NCBI GenBank assembly: GCA_043228905.1 | Contig: JBHGNT010000020.1 | Span: 11,656,001-11,720,000, forward strand | DNA: 64,000 nt | Direction of reading: 5' to 3' | DNA from: Azolla caroliniana | Taxonomy: Eukaryota; Plantae; Polypodiophyta | Shown here: positions 13,353 through 25,380 of the stretch, piece after piece | How positions within the stretch are numbered: the stretch's first letter is position 1 | Layout: each line of letters opens with the position of its first letter | Notes under the pieces: generated by a model | The model's input: the letters and a program-made list of their open reading frames with translations, nothing else | What the model was told of the DNA's origin: nothing | Databases searched by the model: none | Made by a program: the position numbers and the translations under genes

Positions 13353-15174
13353 GAGAGAAAGATGAATGCTCGAGTTGAAGTTTGAAGTTCTCATACCTAT
13401 TCTCATCTGATTTTATCCTCTAAACCATCGACGAAAAATGAGAAGCCAGGTCAATTGTGATTTTCATTGGCAGTTGGGACTCTACCACATCTTATATATA
13501 GCGGGTCCTTGCAGTATAGGGAAGGGTGTAAAGACCATGACCCTCAAGCCTGATGATCGGTGAAACAATGTAGAAACTGAGATATATAGAGGGCAAAAGT
13601 TGTATAGGAAAGATACGTGAGAAACGTTATTACAAGATTGTCCATTATCAGTCATGCTCTAGGCAATGTGTTTGATTGGAAAGTCTCCTTGAGCTACCTG
13701 TAGATTGCCACCGGTGGCTTAGATGTCCGGATATGTTGTATTCTAGATATATTTCTGTAAATTCTGCTCCATAACTCATCCAATTTTGATACATAACACT
13801 GTTTATTCGTCCCATTTTTCCATCTTATTGAGCTCAAACAATTTGTATGTGATTTATTTTTCAGTTGTCTTTATTGAAAATTTTGGGGTAGTGTGATGCC
13901 ACCTATGCAATGTCCTATGACAACGATTCAATTAAAAATGGAATTAGCAAAGTCAAGCTCTATTGTTGCTATACAAGGTAGGGAAGTTCAGCAAAATGCA
14001 TGTATGATATGTAATGTGATTGTTGCAAATGAACATAATTGGATTTGATCATTTGTAAAATCGAAAGTTAAGCTTGCAAAGTCAAATTCTATTGTAGCTA
14101 TACAAGGTAGGAAAGTTCAGCGAAATGCATGTATGATATGTAATATAATTGTTGCAGATGAACATGATTCGATTCGAAACAATGATTTTTTAAAGATGTA
14201 GTTAAGTGTGCAAAGCAAAGTATGTCAGAATGGTGAACCCCGATGATGACAAATTTGATCAACTACTCACTATTTAGTCCTCTTGTTAGGCATCAAGTTA
14301 TACATGTATTATCATTTCCTATCTACATATTCTTTCAACTCTTCTAAACTTCATGCAGGTCTACTAGCTAGTTGATCCTACATTGGCTTGCTTGTAAACT
14401 TTGACTTGCACAATCAAGTACTCACAAATGCCTATTGTCTGAGTACAATCAATTTTGGCCTTAGAAGACGTCAATATATCTTTCTTTCTTTCTTTCTTTT
14501 TGTATATGTATTGCTTGTTTTCATTGGAGGGATTTTCCTCAGGCTATCTAGATGTGAGTTGATCCTACATTTGCTTACTTGTTAAATTCAACTTGCACAA
14601 TCAAGTACTCACAAATACCTAGTGTGTTCTCTATTTATGGATTGCTTGTTTCCATACGTGGGATTATCCTCAAGGTATCTACATGAGTTTGTGTTAGTTA
14701 TGTGATTTTGGTACAACTGCCTTAAATCATGCTTGACTTGATTTGATGCAAACATAAAAATAAAACATGTGGCTTGCTTTGTAGATAAACAAATAGCACC
14801 ATAGCTTTAGCATGACAACTTGGGGCATATTCCATCAAATTTGACACTTATTGTATAGAATCAAGGTGTTCTCCACAGGTTATATCTCATGAACATTCTA
14901 AAAAAAAGTTAGGACCAAGCACTGTTGTTTTCCATTCAAGTTTTAACTTGAAGGAATTGATTTTGATTAGGATCAATAACAAATTAATGAATGAAGATTG
15001 AAGAATATAGAATTTTAACAGATTGATGAAGATTTTATTTCCGCATCCAACCTTAAAGACCCATTATTACGCTCACTTTGATTACACAATCATTCCTAAC
15101 AATCATTCTCAACTCATTATTTTTCTTTTGTTTCAAAGACAAAGGATTTTGATTAATACAAAAAGAAGGGAAGA

Positions 15175-17215
15175 ATATATAAAATGTCTTTTAAGAGACC
15201 AAAATGACATCTAAGACTAAAAAATATGTCATATCTTACAATGTTGTCTCCTCTTTGAGAACAAACCAAAATAAATGTAACTACATAAAAGTAAATAAAA
15301 ATAAAATTGATTATTGAATCCATTTATCTAGACATATAAGACATTGGTTCACAAAACTTGTGTTTACGCACATGAAAATTGTTATTCCATGGGATGTTGT
15401 AATATCTTGATCCAGAGCTCACTTGTGTATCCATTGGTTAACTTATAGCATTAGAAGTGATGGGGCTAAAGAAACTTGTAATTGTTACTGGTTGTCAATT
15501 AATAACTTCTCCTTGTGTCTATGTAGTTCCAACAAGAATAGTCCCAAGCACCATTCATCGATTCTATTACCTTGTATGTTGAACCAAAGCCTTGGTTAAA
15601 GAGGCAATAATATGCCCCTCTTATTTCATAAAAACAAATATAATGGAAAACATAACCTTTTATATATTCTACTCCTTGATTGTCTACATTTGGCACATTC
15701 TTTCTTCCAAAGGTGTGCATGCAGATCTTCCTAAATATTTGATTGATGCGAATAGGTCCATCATTGCCCTATCACACTTCCAAGAGCATGCAATTGATGC
15801 ATATCCATATAAGAGGACTTGAAGATGAATCCATCCTCAATGGGTTTAAATAGTGTAACGGGTTGTGTGGTCAAATACAACGGTGGCGGAAATAAAAATC
15901 ACTAATTAAGCAATAGAGAAAGACGGATAGATAGATATTTTTTAGTGTCCATAGAGAGGCGAATATTGACACATAGGACCTAAGCATAAAAGTTATATTG
16001 ACGTGTCTCCTTCCTAAGAAGAGATATCGCTACTTTTGAAGTAGCAAGTCGTGGTGTGAATAAGGCATACACATATTAGGTCAACCTTCTATGTGTTCTC
16101 TTTAGTATGATACTCAAGTGATCACCCCCTCTTAATATATATATATAATATCACCATAACTTTCACGAATTGCACTATATGGAGAACATGAGAAGTAGGA
16201 GAAGAGGGGTTTAAGCTTCCGGCAAGATGAATTGAGTGGACGGGTCGAGACCGCAGCTAACACCGATGGCTTCAACGCCACAAGTAGGGGTAGAGTTCTC
16301 AAGCCACTTTGTTCTCTCTTTGAGTGATCAACGTTTGAGCTTGTTAAATCCACTCTCCAAAGCCTCTCATCAAAGTGCTTTAAACACAAAAGACAACAAA
16401 GAGCAAGTAGATGAAAAAGAGTAGTGCCCAAAACGCATAAGAGCTTGTAGGAGACTAAAATGCCAAAAATCCCTTCAGGGCAAAATGTGCTCCCTTCCCC
16501 TCATTTATAATTAAAGACCCTATATGTGTTAATGCTAACTCCGTCTCAATTAATATCATAGATTACAATACACATACAAAAAGAGGAGTACTTAAAGTAT
16601 AGTTAATTATCACTTAATCTTAATCATTCTAATCACTTAAGTGGAAGATTAAATAAATGAGAAGAGAACTCAAGTTTAGGTTATCAGCTGAAAGAAAGAA
16701 GAGTTACGTAGGTCACTCTTGGTGACTTACATAGCATTTGACAATGAGGTTTGGCCCCTTTTATGTTGGGATGGCCCTTTGGCCAAGAGCTTTCAAGGGA
16801 GTTTTGTTCAATTCCCCTTTTTCCGAACATTTCCAATGAGTTTGATGTCTACGCCATTGTCGTTGTCTTCACGATTCACGTTACATACAATGAGTAATTA
16901 TCAATAATATTAATTGGTCGTGGTTCTTGAAATCGTTATGTAGGCACATTGTCTTCTAAAAGCACTAAGGCTCATATCCATGAGAATGTCGAGCACAGAA
17001 TGTATGGAACACCAAGGGCTTGTTATGTTTCTTCGAGGTATCTGTAGGATCACATGTATACCATCATTTCCACAATCACTTTAGTTTATCAAGGTTTATA
17101 GACAAACCTTTGTTTGTTCAAAATGATTTAGATGCATTTAGATGTCTTTGTAGTTCCTACAAAGATCTCGAGACCAACATTATGTCATTGAAAAATAGTA
17201 ATATCTCTATGAATA
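15175..17215 (-). mobile_element. Decayed non-LTR retrotransposon (LINE) ORF2 remnant, interrupted by a putative solo LTR
   Basis: About 17070-17215 reads ILLFFNDIMLVSRSL*ELQRHLNASKSF*TNKGLSINLDK, a degenerate (Y/F)ADD RT region. About 15500-15760 reads GRSACTPLEERMCQ..VEY...FYEIRGAYYCLFNQGFG, a C-terminal Cys/His domain. A 3' tail motif lies near 15180-15218. Confidence 0.7.
15854..16885. mobile_element. Putative solo LTR (about 1 kb)
   Basis: Bounded by perfect inverted termini TGTAACG...CGTTACA, with a minus-strand TATAAATGAGG near 16500, and it splits the LINE remnant. No matching TSD seen. Confidence 0.5.
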
Positions 17216-17758
17216 TACCCGCTAAGCATGAGAGAGAGAGAGAGAGATTGCAAGGATTAATATAGTTGCATGAACAAATTTTGTCACGAAAGGGTGGAAT
17301 GAGGCTAAGTACTAAGAGAGAGCGAGAGCATAAGCAAGATCACAAGATTGTCATGAACAAGTAGACAAGGCTCAATATTAAGAGATAACGAGAGAGAGCG
17401 AGAGCATAAGCAAGATCACAAGATTGTCATGGACAAGTAGACAAGGCTCAATATTAAGAGATAGAGATAGAGAGAGAGAGAGCATAGACAAGTGAACAAG
17501 CAAGAGAGAGAGAGAGAGAGAAAGAGAGAGAATAGATAAATGAACAAGAACTGAATTATGCTTTCGTAACTGGTGTTGTTCACCTTGACTGTAATCAATG
17601 TGCACCCCAGTATCTATACAAGAATGTGGAGGTATGCATGAAAGCTAGAAGACTTCTAGAGAGTGCATGAAGATGCATTCTCTAGAAGGTTCTTGAAAGT
17701 TCTAGTGATCAATCTATAATGAAATAAGTTGAATATTATACAATACAATAATGCATAG

Positions 17759-17809
17759 ATGGATGTAGCTCAATTGGTAAGGTTGCCCAATAAGACCAGA
17801 AGGTCATGG
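17759..17809 (+). repeat. tRNA-derived module, copy B (truncated before the B box)
   Basis: ATGGATGTAGCTCAATTGGTAAGGTTGCCCAATAAGACCAGAAGGTCATGG matches copy A and is fused directly to the chromodomain fragment. Confidence 0.65.
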
Positions 17810-18315
17810 CTCCCATGTTGTTTCAGAGATCGGGTACCCTTTCCAGAGGACAAGGTATTGAAGCTGGCAACGGAAGAGACAAGAGTCGACCTCATATTCT
17901 TCTCTGATTGAGAACTGGATTGGTGGTGGAGGAGAAGGGTGTCGACCGAGGATTTCAAATATATGGTGAGGTTTCAGAAGGGAGACATGGAATGCATTAT
18001 GAATACGGAAGTGGGAGAGACGAGAGTCGAGAATTTGGTCAACCTTGTATTCTTGTCCGGTTGAGAGCTGGATTGATGGTGGAGGAGAAGGGTGTCGGCC
18101 GGGGATTTCAAATATATGGTGAGGTTTCAGAAGGGAGACATGGAATACATTATGAATACAGAAGTGAGAGAGACGAGAGTCGAGAATTTGGTCGACCTCA
18201 TATTCTTCTCCGGTTGAGAGTTGGATTGGTGGTGGAGGAGAAGGGTGTCGATCGGGGATTTTGAGATATATGGTGAGGTTCCAGAAGGGAGACATGGAAT
18301 ACATTATGAATACGG
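17804..18315 (-). mobile_element. Chromovirus (Ty3/Gypsy) integrase C-terminus / chromodomain fragment, triplicated in 153-bp units
   Basis: HNVFHVSLLKP, PPPP, EEYEVDQILDSR and YLVLWKGYPISETTWEP are typical integrase-tail and group I chromodomain motifs. GGAGAAGGGTGTCG recurs at 17931, 18084 and 18237. Confidence 0.85.
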
Positions 18316-18896
18316 ATGATTGGGTAAATTGCTGAAAGTAGATGATTTACTATGGTATCAACAAATGCTACTTATCAAAAGTTGATTGACAAACATAAGT
18401 GGATGGAAGAAAGGTTTATAAAGGTATAGAGATATTCTTATTTGGATTGTGGAATTGAAGAGTTTGATTGGTTGAAAATAGGAAATTTACTATGTTATCA
18501 GCAAATGCTACTTATCACAAGCTGATTGACTTACATAAGTAAATGGAAGAAAGAGTAATAAACGAATGGGGTTTTTGTAAGCCCATTAATTGGTGCTTTC
18601 ATGTGATCATGTCAAGTTGGTGTTCTCGATTAATGCTAAGGGCTACAATATTAATTTGTAGACTTATGCTTGAAATTTTATCCTTAGAGGATGCATTAAA
18701 CAAAACAAAGATTGCTAATGGAATGTGCATCTTTTATTTAGTGGAATTGGAACATAATAGACATAAATTATTTTATGCTCGATAACTAGAATGGTTTGGA
18801 GGTGCTGCAATTTAGTGTAGATATCTTTGAAGGGAGTAAGGCTATCTCCATTCTATTGGGGTTTTGAACATTTCGAAAACAATGGAGGAATGCCCC

Positions 18897-19166
18897 ATAA
18901 TATGAATCATACGCACCATTCGTGCATTCGCATTCGCAAACATTCTGATCATTCGCGTAAGAAAAACACCCTCAAAGTAGGGTAAATACCATACTTTTGC
19001 ACTCATTATTTATTATAAGGTACTTTTTTTAGGGTAAGAAAGTTATGGTAAAAAGTGTAACAAAAAACAACAAAATAATGTTTTAATAACATACGCATTC
19101 ATTTGCACGTTTTTAAGGTATGAAAACAAATGTTTGGGCTAACGAACACGAATATGACATACTATG
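18897..19166. mobile_element. Possible small TIR element (hAT-like MITE)
   Basis: Ends CATAATATG...CATACTATG are near-inverted, with subterminal ATTCG/CGAA motifs. No clear TSD. Confidence 0.3.
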
Positions 19167-21670
19167 GGATGATGTCCCATTTTCAAATTTATTTTTTGAG
19201 TTCTAGAGGTTTGGGGGGCTATGGTTCAATTGGAATATGAAGAATGCCTTTAGATTTTATTCGCAAGCTAGGGCGAAGAAATATGTGGCAAAGTTAAAAT
19301 GGCTTCTTTTGTGGCACTCGACAATGAATCACGGAATCTCAACCATAAAGGGAGTCAATTGGTGCATAGGGTAGGATTGAATTCATAGTATTTAGATCTC
19401 CAAAGCTTTACAATTTTTTGCAAGTTAGTCATGGTGGTGACTTTTCTTTCGTAATGAAAGACATTATTTACTATGAGAGAGAGAGAAAGAGAGAGAATTT
19501 GTTTTTATCTTGGTTCGATATAACATCAAGAATAAAGGACATGAACATGACTTCCTCACAAACTCTAGGAGACATTGATATGGGAACAATTGCTCCAACA
19601 AAAAGCAACCTTATGTTAGAATGTAATTGTGCAAGAGAAGAATTTGGGAGCTCTAAGATACTCAAGGATATTGACAAAATCACTAAGAAAATATTGACAT
19701 ATGTTGAGGCAATACATGAAGACAAGATTCATAAGGATATTCATAATTGGGATCATCTATGGGGGATTGCCAACACCTTGTTTTATATTATGGAAGAAAA
19801 TGAAAATGAAGCAAAAGAAAGCATGATGTGAAAGTTCATCCTAAGGTAATTTTGCAATCCTTTGATGTATTCTACGATCGTGCAATTATATTATTATTTA
19901 CTCCAATTCATAAATTTGATTAACAATGGTTGAACACAATTGTATCACCGAATTGTGTTGAGAATATATAAAGGCCGCTGAGGGTTTTATGATCTCGTAT
20001 TCTATTCCCTTGAACATCGAAGTACATTGTTGGATAAAGTTCATGTGGTCTTTGATAAATGGTTAGTGCATGTAATGCAATGGTCCTATCACTATGTAGT
20101 GGACTATCATACTTTGTTGAAACTAGAATGCCTCATCTGGGTAAATATTGGATTGTAAAAATGTGTTTTTATGGCCCCTTTTACAAGAGTTTGTATGTTG
20201 TGGAATACTAGCCGTAAGAGGCTAGAATCGGTGCATATGATCAAAGATGGTATAAAAAGACTTTGTTAAAATTTGAAGTGAGAGACGTTTGGGGGTCATT
20301 ACATTGGATGTGGTGAATGGAGCACATTATGGCGGAAATTGGAATGCCAATATCGTTGTTCATCGGCTTTGGAAGTTCGTAATGAAAGGAATGGTAAGAA
20401 AAGAGTTGGGAGACATGTTGGTATGTCAAATATTGTGGTAAGAAAGAAACCCCTCTTAAAGGTTTTTGGCCTAAGAATAAGGGAAATCAATCTATAGGTT
20501 TAATATTTATGAGTTTGTTGTTGATAAAGATTGGCATTATGTAAAGGGTAAGTCGAAGGAGAAATCACTACTTGGCTAGGAGGGTCCTCAAAAAGCTCAT
20601 TGGCAACCACAATTTAGAAATAAGGGATCACCCCTTCAACTTCAATTTCATTCGTTGGGATAGGTTGTAAATCCATGGCACCCTCGAGGTTTTCATCAAG
20701 TAGGAGGACCTCAACAAAGGTTTTTGTAGACGGTTCTAAGGACGTGGCAACAATCGACATTGTACAACTTTTGATGTGGCACTAATTGATGGCAGATGAG
20801 GTAGCACAGGGTAGCAGGTAAGGAGCATGGAATTGAGCTCAATCCTTCACGGACTTTAAGCACATTAGCACCTTGTTCAACCCACCAATATTTGGACTTA
20901 ATCCAAAAATCAAGTGAACTAGTGCCCAAATTCAAGGAATGCGATCACTACTCACACTTGAGCATGAGAATGCACACACACACACACTCACTCACTCACA
21001 ATTGCATACATTCAATTTATTTATACAATGTTAAACACCACCTATATTAATTACAACTAATGTTATTCATTGAATTCATACATCCTCGCCAAACCATCGA
21101 AAGGAAAGGAGCATTCAAGGTCTAGAGACATGAAACCACTCCATCCTCTCTAGTTTAGTCGATGGTGGTCCCAGTCATGTTTCACATTCACGTGTGTATC
21201 TTTGCAATGGTGGCCTTCTATATGATGTGAGATTCATGACAAGGAGCTCAAAAACCACTTCGAATGGGTGTTCCTACAACCTAAATTCTTTGGTTATTTT
21301 GAAGTTGTATTTTGAGGTGTTAGGTCTATTACATGCTTGGAGAATGCAAACAACCATATAGGCTCTCAATGCCCAAGTTAGGAGATTAAAGAGGTGATAT
21401 GATGAAGTTTTTGACATTGGAAACTTTTCGATCTCTTAGTGAGGTAATTGAGAGGTAATTTGGAGTAATAGTTTTTTATATTGGAAACCTTCGACCATCA
21501 TTGTTCCCTAGTTCCCCATCATGTTAGGATAGTGACTTGGTCTATGATGATTTTAGTGTCATAGGATCAGAGGGACACAAAAGAGGTCTCTGTCTATAGA
21601 CTAGTGGATGTATCAATATGAGAAAAAACGTGCACACACACGCGCGTGTGTGTGTAAGAGAGAGAGTGAG

Positions 21671-21728
21671 ATTATATTATCGTCTTCGGAGGTCAAATAT
21701 GACCTATGAGACCAAAAAAATTACATTG
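21671..21728 (-). mobile_element. Extremely 5'-truncated LINE 3' end inside a (GA)n tract
   Basis: The reverse complement contains GTCTCATAGGTCATATTTGACCTCCGAAGACGATAATATAAT, identical to the LINE tail at 34963-35004. A diverged copy lies at about 21898-21940. Confidence 0.7.
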
Positions 21729-21774
21729 AGAGAGAGAGAGTGAGAGAGGAGTGATACTTAGTTCAATTCACTAA

Positions 21775-22215
21775 TGTGGGCATTGTAAGTGTAGGGAAGA
21801 GATACAAGGTACAACAAAGAAGTGCATCAAAAGTAAGGATTTGAACCCATGATCTTTGTCTTGGTGGAGAGAGAGGCGGAGAAAGAAAGAATGAATGATA
21901 TATTACCGTCTTCTAAGACCAAAATTGACCTATGAGACAATTGGTTACAACAAAATGGGATGTGTAACCCTAAACCCTAAACCCTAAACCCTAAACCCTA
22001 AACCCACTCATCAAAAACCTAAGTGGGCAATTGTAATTGTGGAAAAGAAACGTGTGGTATAAGCAAAAATGTGTGCATAAGTCCGGATTTGAAACCATGA
22101 CATTATCCTTTCACTCATGTGGGCATTGTAATTGGGGAGAAGAAATACGTGGTATAAGCAAAAGATGTGCGCGTAAGTCCGGATTCGAAACCATGACCTT
22201 GTCCTGATGAGAGAC
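21775..22215 (+). repeat. Three copies of the linker plus antisense B-box half of the tRNA-like module
   Basis: Units GTGGGCA(A)TTGTAA...GGATT(T/C)GAA(A/C)CCATGA at about 21776, 22023 and 22119 align with the reverse complement of 34425-34505. Confidence 0.55.
21965..22005 (+). repeat. Interstitial telomeric repeat (CCCTAAA)5
   Basis: Five perfect Arabidopsis-type heptamers at 21968-22002 plus partial units. Confidence 0.9.
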
Positions 22216-22274
22216 AACATTTAGGGTTTTTGAGTTCCCTTGTGCAACCATGATAATGAGTCTTTGCAGCCCCT

Positions 22275-22395
22275 TGACTCACACAAGCATTCCACCATGA
22301 AAGCTTCGAAAAAGATGCATGAGACATATGGAAGCTTTCCACAAGACAGGAAATAGGCAAAAATGGAAACTTACCCAATTACCATGGAAAAATCT

Positions 22396-22450
<55 letters not shown>

Positions 22451-22988
22451 AAGGTCAAGGTCAAGACCAAGGTCAAAGGTTAAAGGTCTTGACTCACACA
22501 AGCATTCCACCATGAAAGCTTCGAAAAAGATGCATGAGACATATGGAAGCTTTCCACAAGGCAGGAAATAGGCAAAAATGGATACTTACCCAATTACCCT
22601 GGAAAAATCTTCCATCTCTCTCTCTCTCTCTCTCTCCAAGGTCAAGGTCAAGACCAATGTCAAAGGTCAAAGGTCTTGACTCACACCGGCGTTCCACCAT
22701 GAAAGCTTCGAAAAAGATGCATGAGACATATGGAAGCTTTCCACAAGACAGGAAATAGGCAAAAATGGAAACTTACCCAATTACCATGGAAAAATCTTCC
22801 ATCTCTCTCTCTCTCTCTCTCCAAGGTCAAGGTCAAGACCAAGGTCAAAGGTTAAAGGTCTTGACTCACACAAGCATTCCACCATGAAAGCTTCGAAAAA
22901 GATGCATGAGACATATGGAAGTTTTCCACAAGACAGGAAATAGGCAAAAATGCAAACTTACCCAATTACCATGGAAAACTCTTCCATA

Positions 22989-23023
<35 letters not shown>

Positions 23024-23070
23024 CCAAGGTCAAGGTCAATACCAAGGTCTAAGGTCAAGGTCAAGGTCAA
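22275..23070. repeat. Tandem repeat, 4 units of about 185-215 bp with internal (CT)n and (AAGGTC)n
   Basis: TGACTCACAC...CCACCATGAAAGCTTCGAAAAAGATGCATGAGAC starts at about 22275, 22490, 22677 and 22862. Decayed ATCACCATG(A/G)AAG echoes continue to about 23630. Confidence 0.9.
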
Positions 23071-24767
23071 GTATGAATGTATACATATATGTACAGATAT
23101 GAGAGGAGAGGAGCCAATTATCATCACCATGGAAGTTACCAATTTCTGTGGCACAAGGGTTATCTTTGAGAAGACAGAAACACACAGAGAAAAAGGATTT
23201 GCTTTCTCCTGCTTCCATTGCTATGTCAGAAAGGTTTTAGTGTTATGTCAGAACAAAATATGCATATACACATGTCTGCAGATCTGAGGTAAGAATAGAC
23301 ATTTTATCACCATGAAAGGTTCCATTTTTGTCTGAGGAAATTTGATCTACAAGAGAGAAGACATTGAACACACCTCTTTCTTCTCTCTGCTTTCCTCATC
23401 TTTCCTCTTTCTTCTGAAGAAAGCCTAAGATGAAGATCTGAGATGAGAATATTATACAATTATCACCATGAAAGCAATATTTGTCTGATCAGAAGGCTTT
23501 ACCTGTGAGTGAGGAAAGACATGACTTCACCACAGAATATCTATGAGAAGAAAAGAACAATATACCTCTTATTCCTTCTTGCTTATGAAGATCTGAGATG
23601 AGAAGATACATGAATCACCATGAAAGCACAGGTACCATATTTGTCTGATAAGACAGCTTAGCTATTAGTACGGTAAGACATGAATTTACCACATATAGGC
23701 ACAAATCTGTTCGCTCTTCTTTCTTCCTTCATCTTCTGGAAATCAGATAAGCAACTTATGAAAGCAATATCTGGCTTTTTTTCTATCTGATCAGAATGCG
23801 TTCTCCTCCTTCGGTTTCCTTATTATTCGTCAATCAGCTTCTGAAGGCACTTGAAAGAGCTTGCCGCGACATATCTATGGTCATCTGATGACTTTCCTCG
23901 GTGAAGCTTCGATATGGTTTCTTCTGCAAAGAACAGTTTCGAAGGAGAAAGGTTATGACAAGAGCCACGGTCCATGTCATGATGAGAGAAACCATGTACG
24001 TGAAGAGTATTGTGAGAAGCACGGAGATGAGGAGACAGCAGAGAAGGAAATACAGTGAAGAAGCAGAGAAATGCAAGAGATGGAGGTAGACATGTGATGC
24101 AAGAAGCAAGAAGAGAGACAGAGTCAAACAAGGGAAAAGAAACGAAGAAGAAGGGGAGCAAAAGAAGGAATTCACCATAGCTTCTTCTTCTTCTTCTTCT
24201 TCTTCTTCTTCTTCTTCTTCTTCTTTCTTCTTAAAAGCTTATCTTTATAATCCTTACTGATTCAGTTCTTCCTCTGAAGATGAGGAATTCGCCATAGCTT
24301 CTTCTTCTTCTTCTTCTCCGATTTCTCATTCAGGTTTAAACTTTAAAGGATGGAGACACAGATAATTCAGCAAGGAAATACAAAAGAAAAAGAGGAGGAG
24401 AGAAAAATGGCCATAGGAGCTGTAAAGAAGGAGATGGGAGGAAGCAATGAAGGTCGCCAATGATCTGAAGCTTACAAGCTTATTGTGATCTGCTTATGCA
24501 TCATCATCAATGATCTTCATCTTCATCTTCATCTTCATCTTCATCATCATCATCATCTTCTTCTTCTTCTTCTGCTTTTTCTTTTTCTGCTTTTTCTTTC
24601 CCTTTCCCTTACCCTAGGGCCTACTCCCAAGCCCACATGGAGGAGGAAGAATCAAAAAGCTGCAGGAATAAGGAAGCAGGTTTTCCATAATTCCAGAGGG
24701 TACCCTTCTTCAGGTCTTTTTTCTTATAATTACACTTTTTTGACTACCCCTTTTCCCATCTCTCATA

Positions 24768-25380
24768 TTGTAATTAGCTTACCCTAGTAGTAGTCGTAAG
24801 TTAGTGTTAGTTTTTAATTGTAATTAGCTTACCCTAATCATAAGTTAGTGTTAGTTTTTTAATTGTAATTAGCTTACCCTAGTCATAAGTTAGTGTTAGT
24901 TTTTTAATTGTAATTAGCTTGCCCTAATGATAAGTTGTTAACACTACTCGCACTAACATCATGGGTTCGATACCCAATTTTTCTCACCTCTCTATTTCAC
25001 TAGTTTTTAATTGTAATTAGCTTACCCTAGTCATAAGTTAATGTTAATTTTTTAATTGTAATTAACTTGCCCTAATGACAAGTTATTAACACTACTCGCA
25101 CTAACATCATGGGTTCGATACCCAATTTTTCTCACCTCTCTATTTCACTAGTTTTTAATTGTAATTAGCTTACCCTAGTCATAAGTTAATGTTAATTTTT
25201 TAATTGTAATTAACTTGCCCTAATGACAAGTTATTAACACTACTCGCACTAACATCATAGGTTCGATACCCAATTTTTCTCACCTCTCTATTTCACTAGA
25301 TGCCATTGTGGAATGTAAGGGTTGAACCCATGACCACTTGGTACCCATCGGGCAACCTTACCAACTGAGCTACATCCATG
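24768..25380 (-). repeat. tRNA-derived module, copy C, with its inner half amplified as 148-bp tandem units
   Basis: 25294-25380 reverse-complements to TGGATGTAGCTCAGTTGGTAAGGTTGCCC...GGGTTCAACCC...CATTCCAC. Plus-strand AT(G/A)GGTTCGATACCC recurs at 24961, 25109 and 25257. About 45-bp subrepeats span 24768-24930. Confidence 0.75.

Noticed and set aside
19418-20500. Host gene in ORF 19418-19831 and neighbours
   Set aside because: No domain or splice structure; nearby GAHYGG-like peptides suggest retroelement debris too decayed to classify.
22275-25300. CRISPR-like array
   Set aside because: Whole units repeat without unique spacers, there are no cas genes, and the context is eukaryotic.
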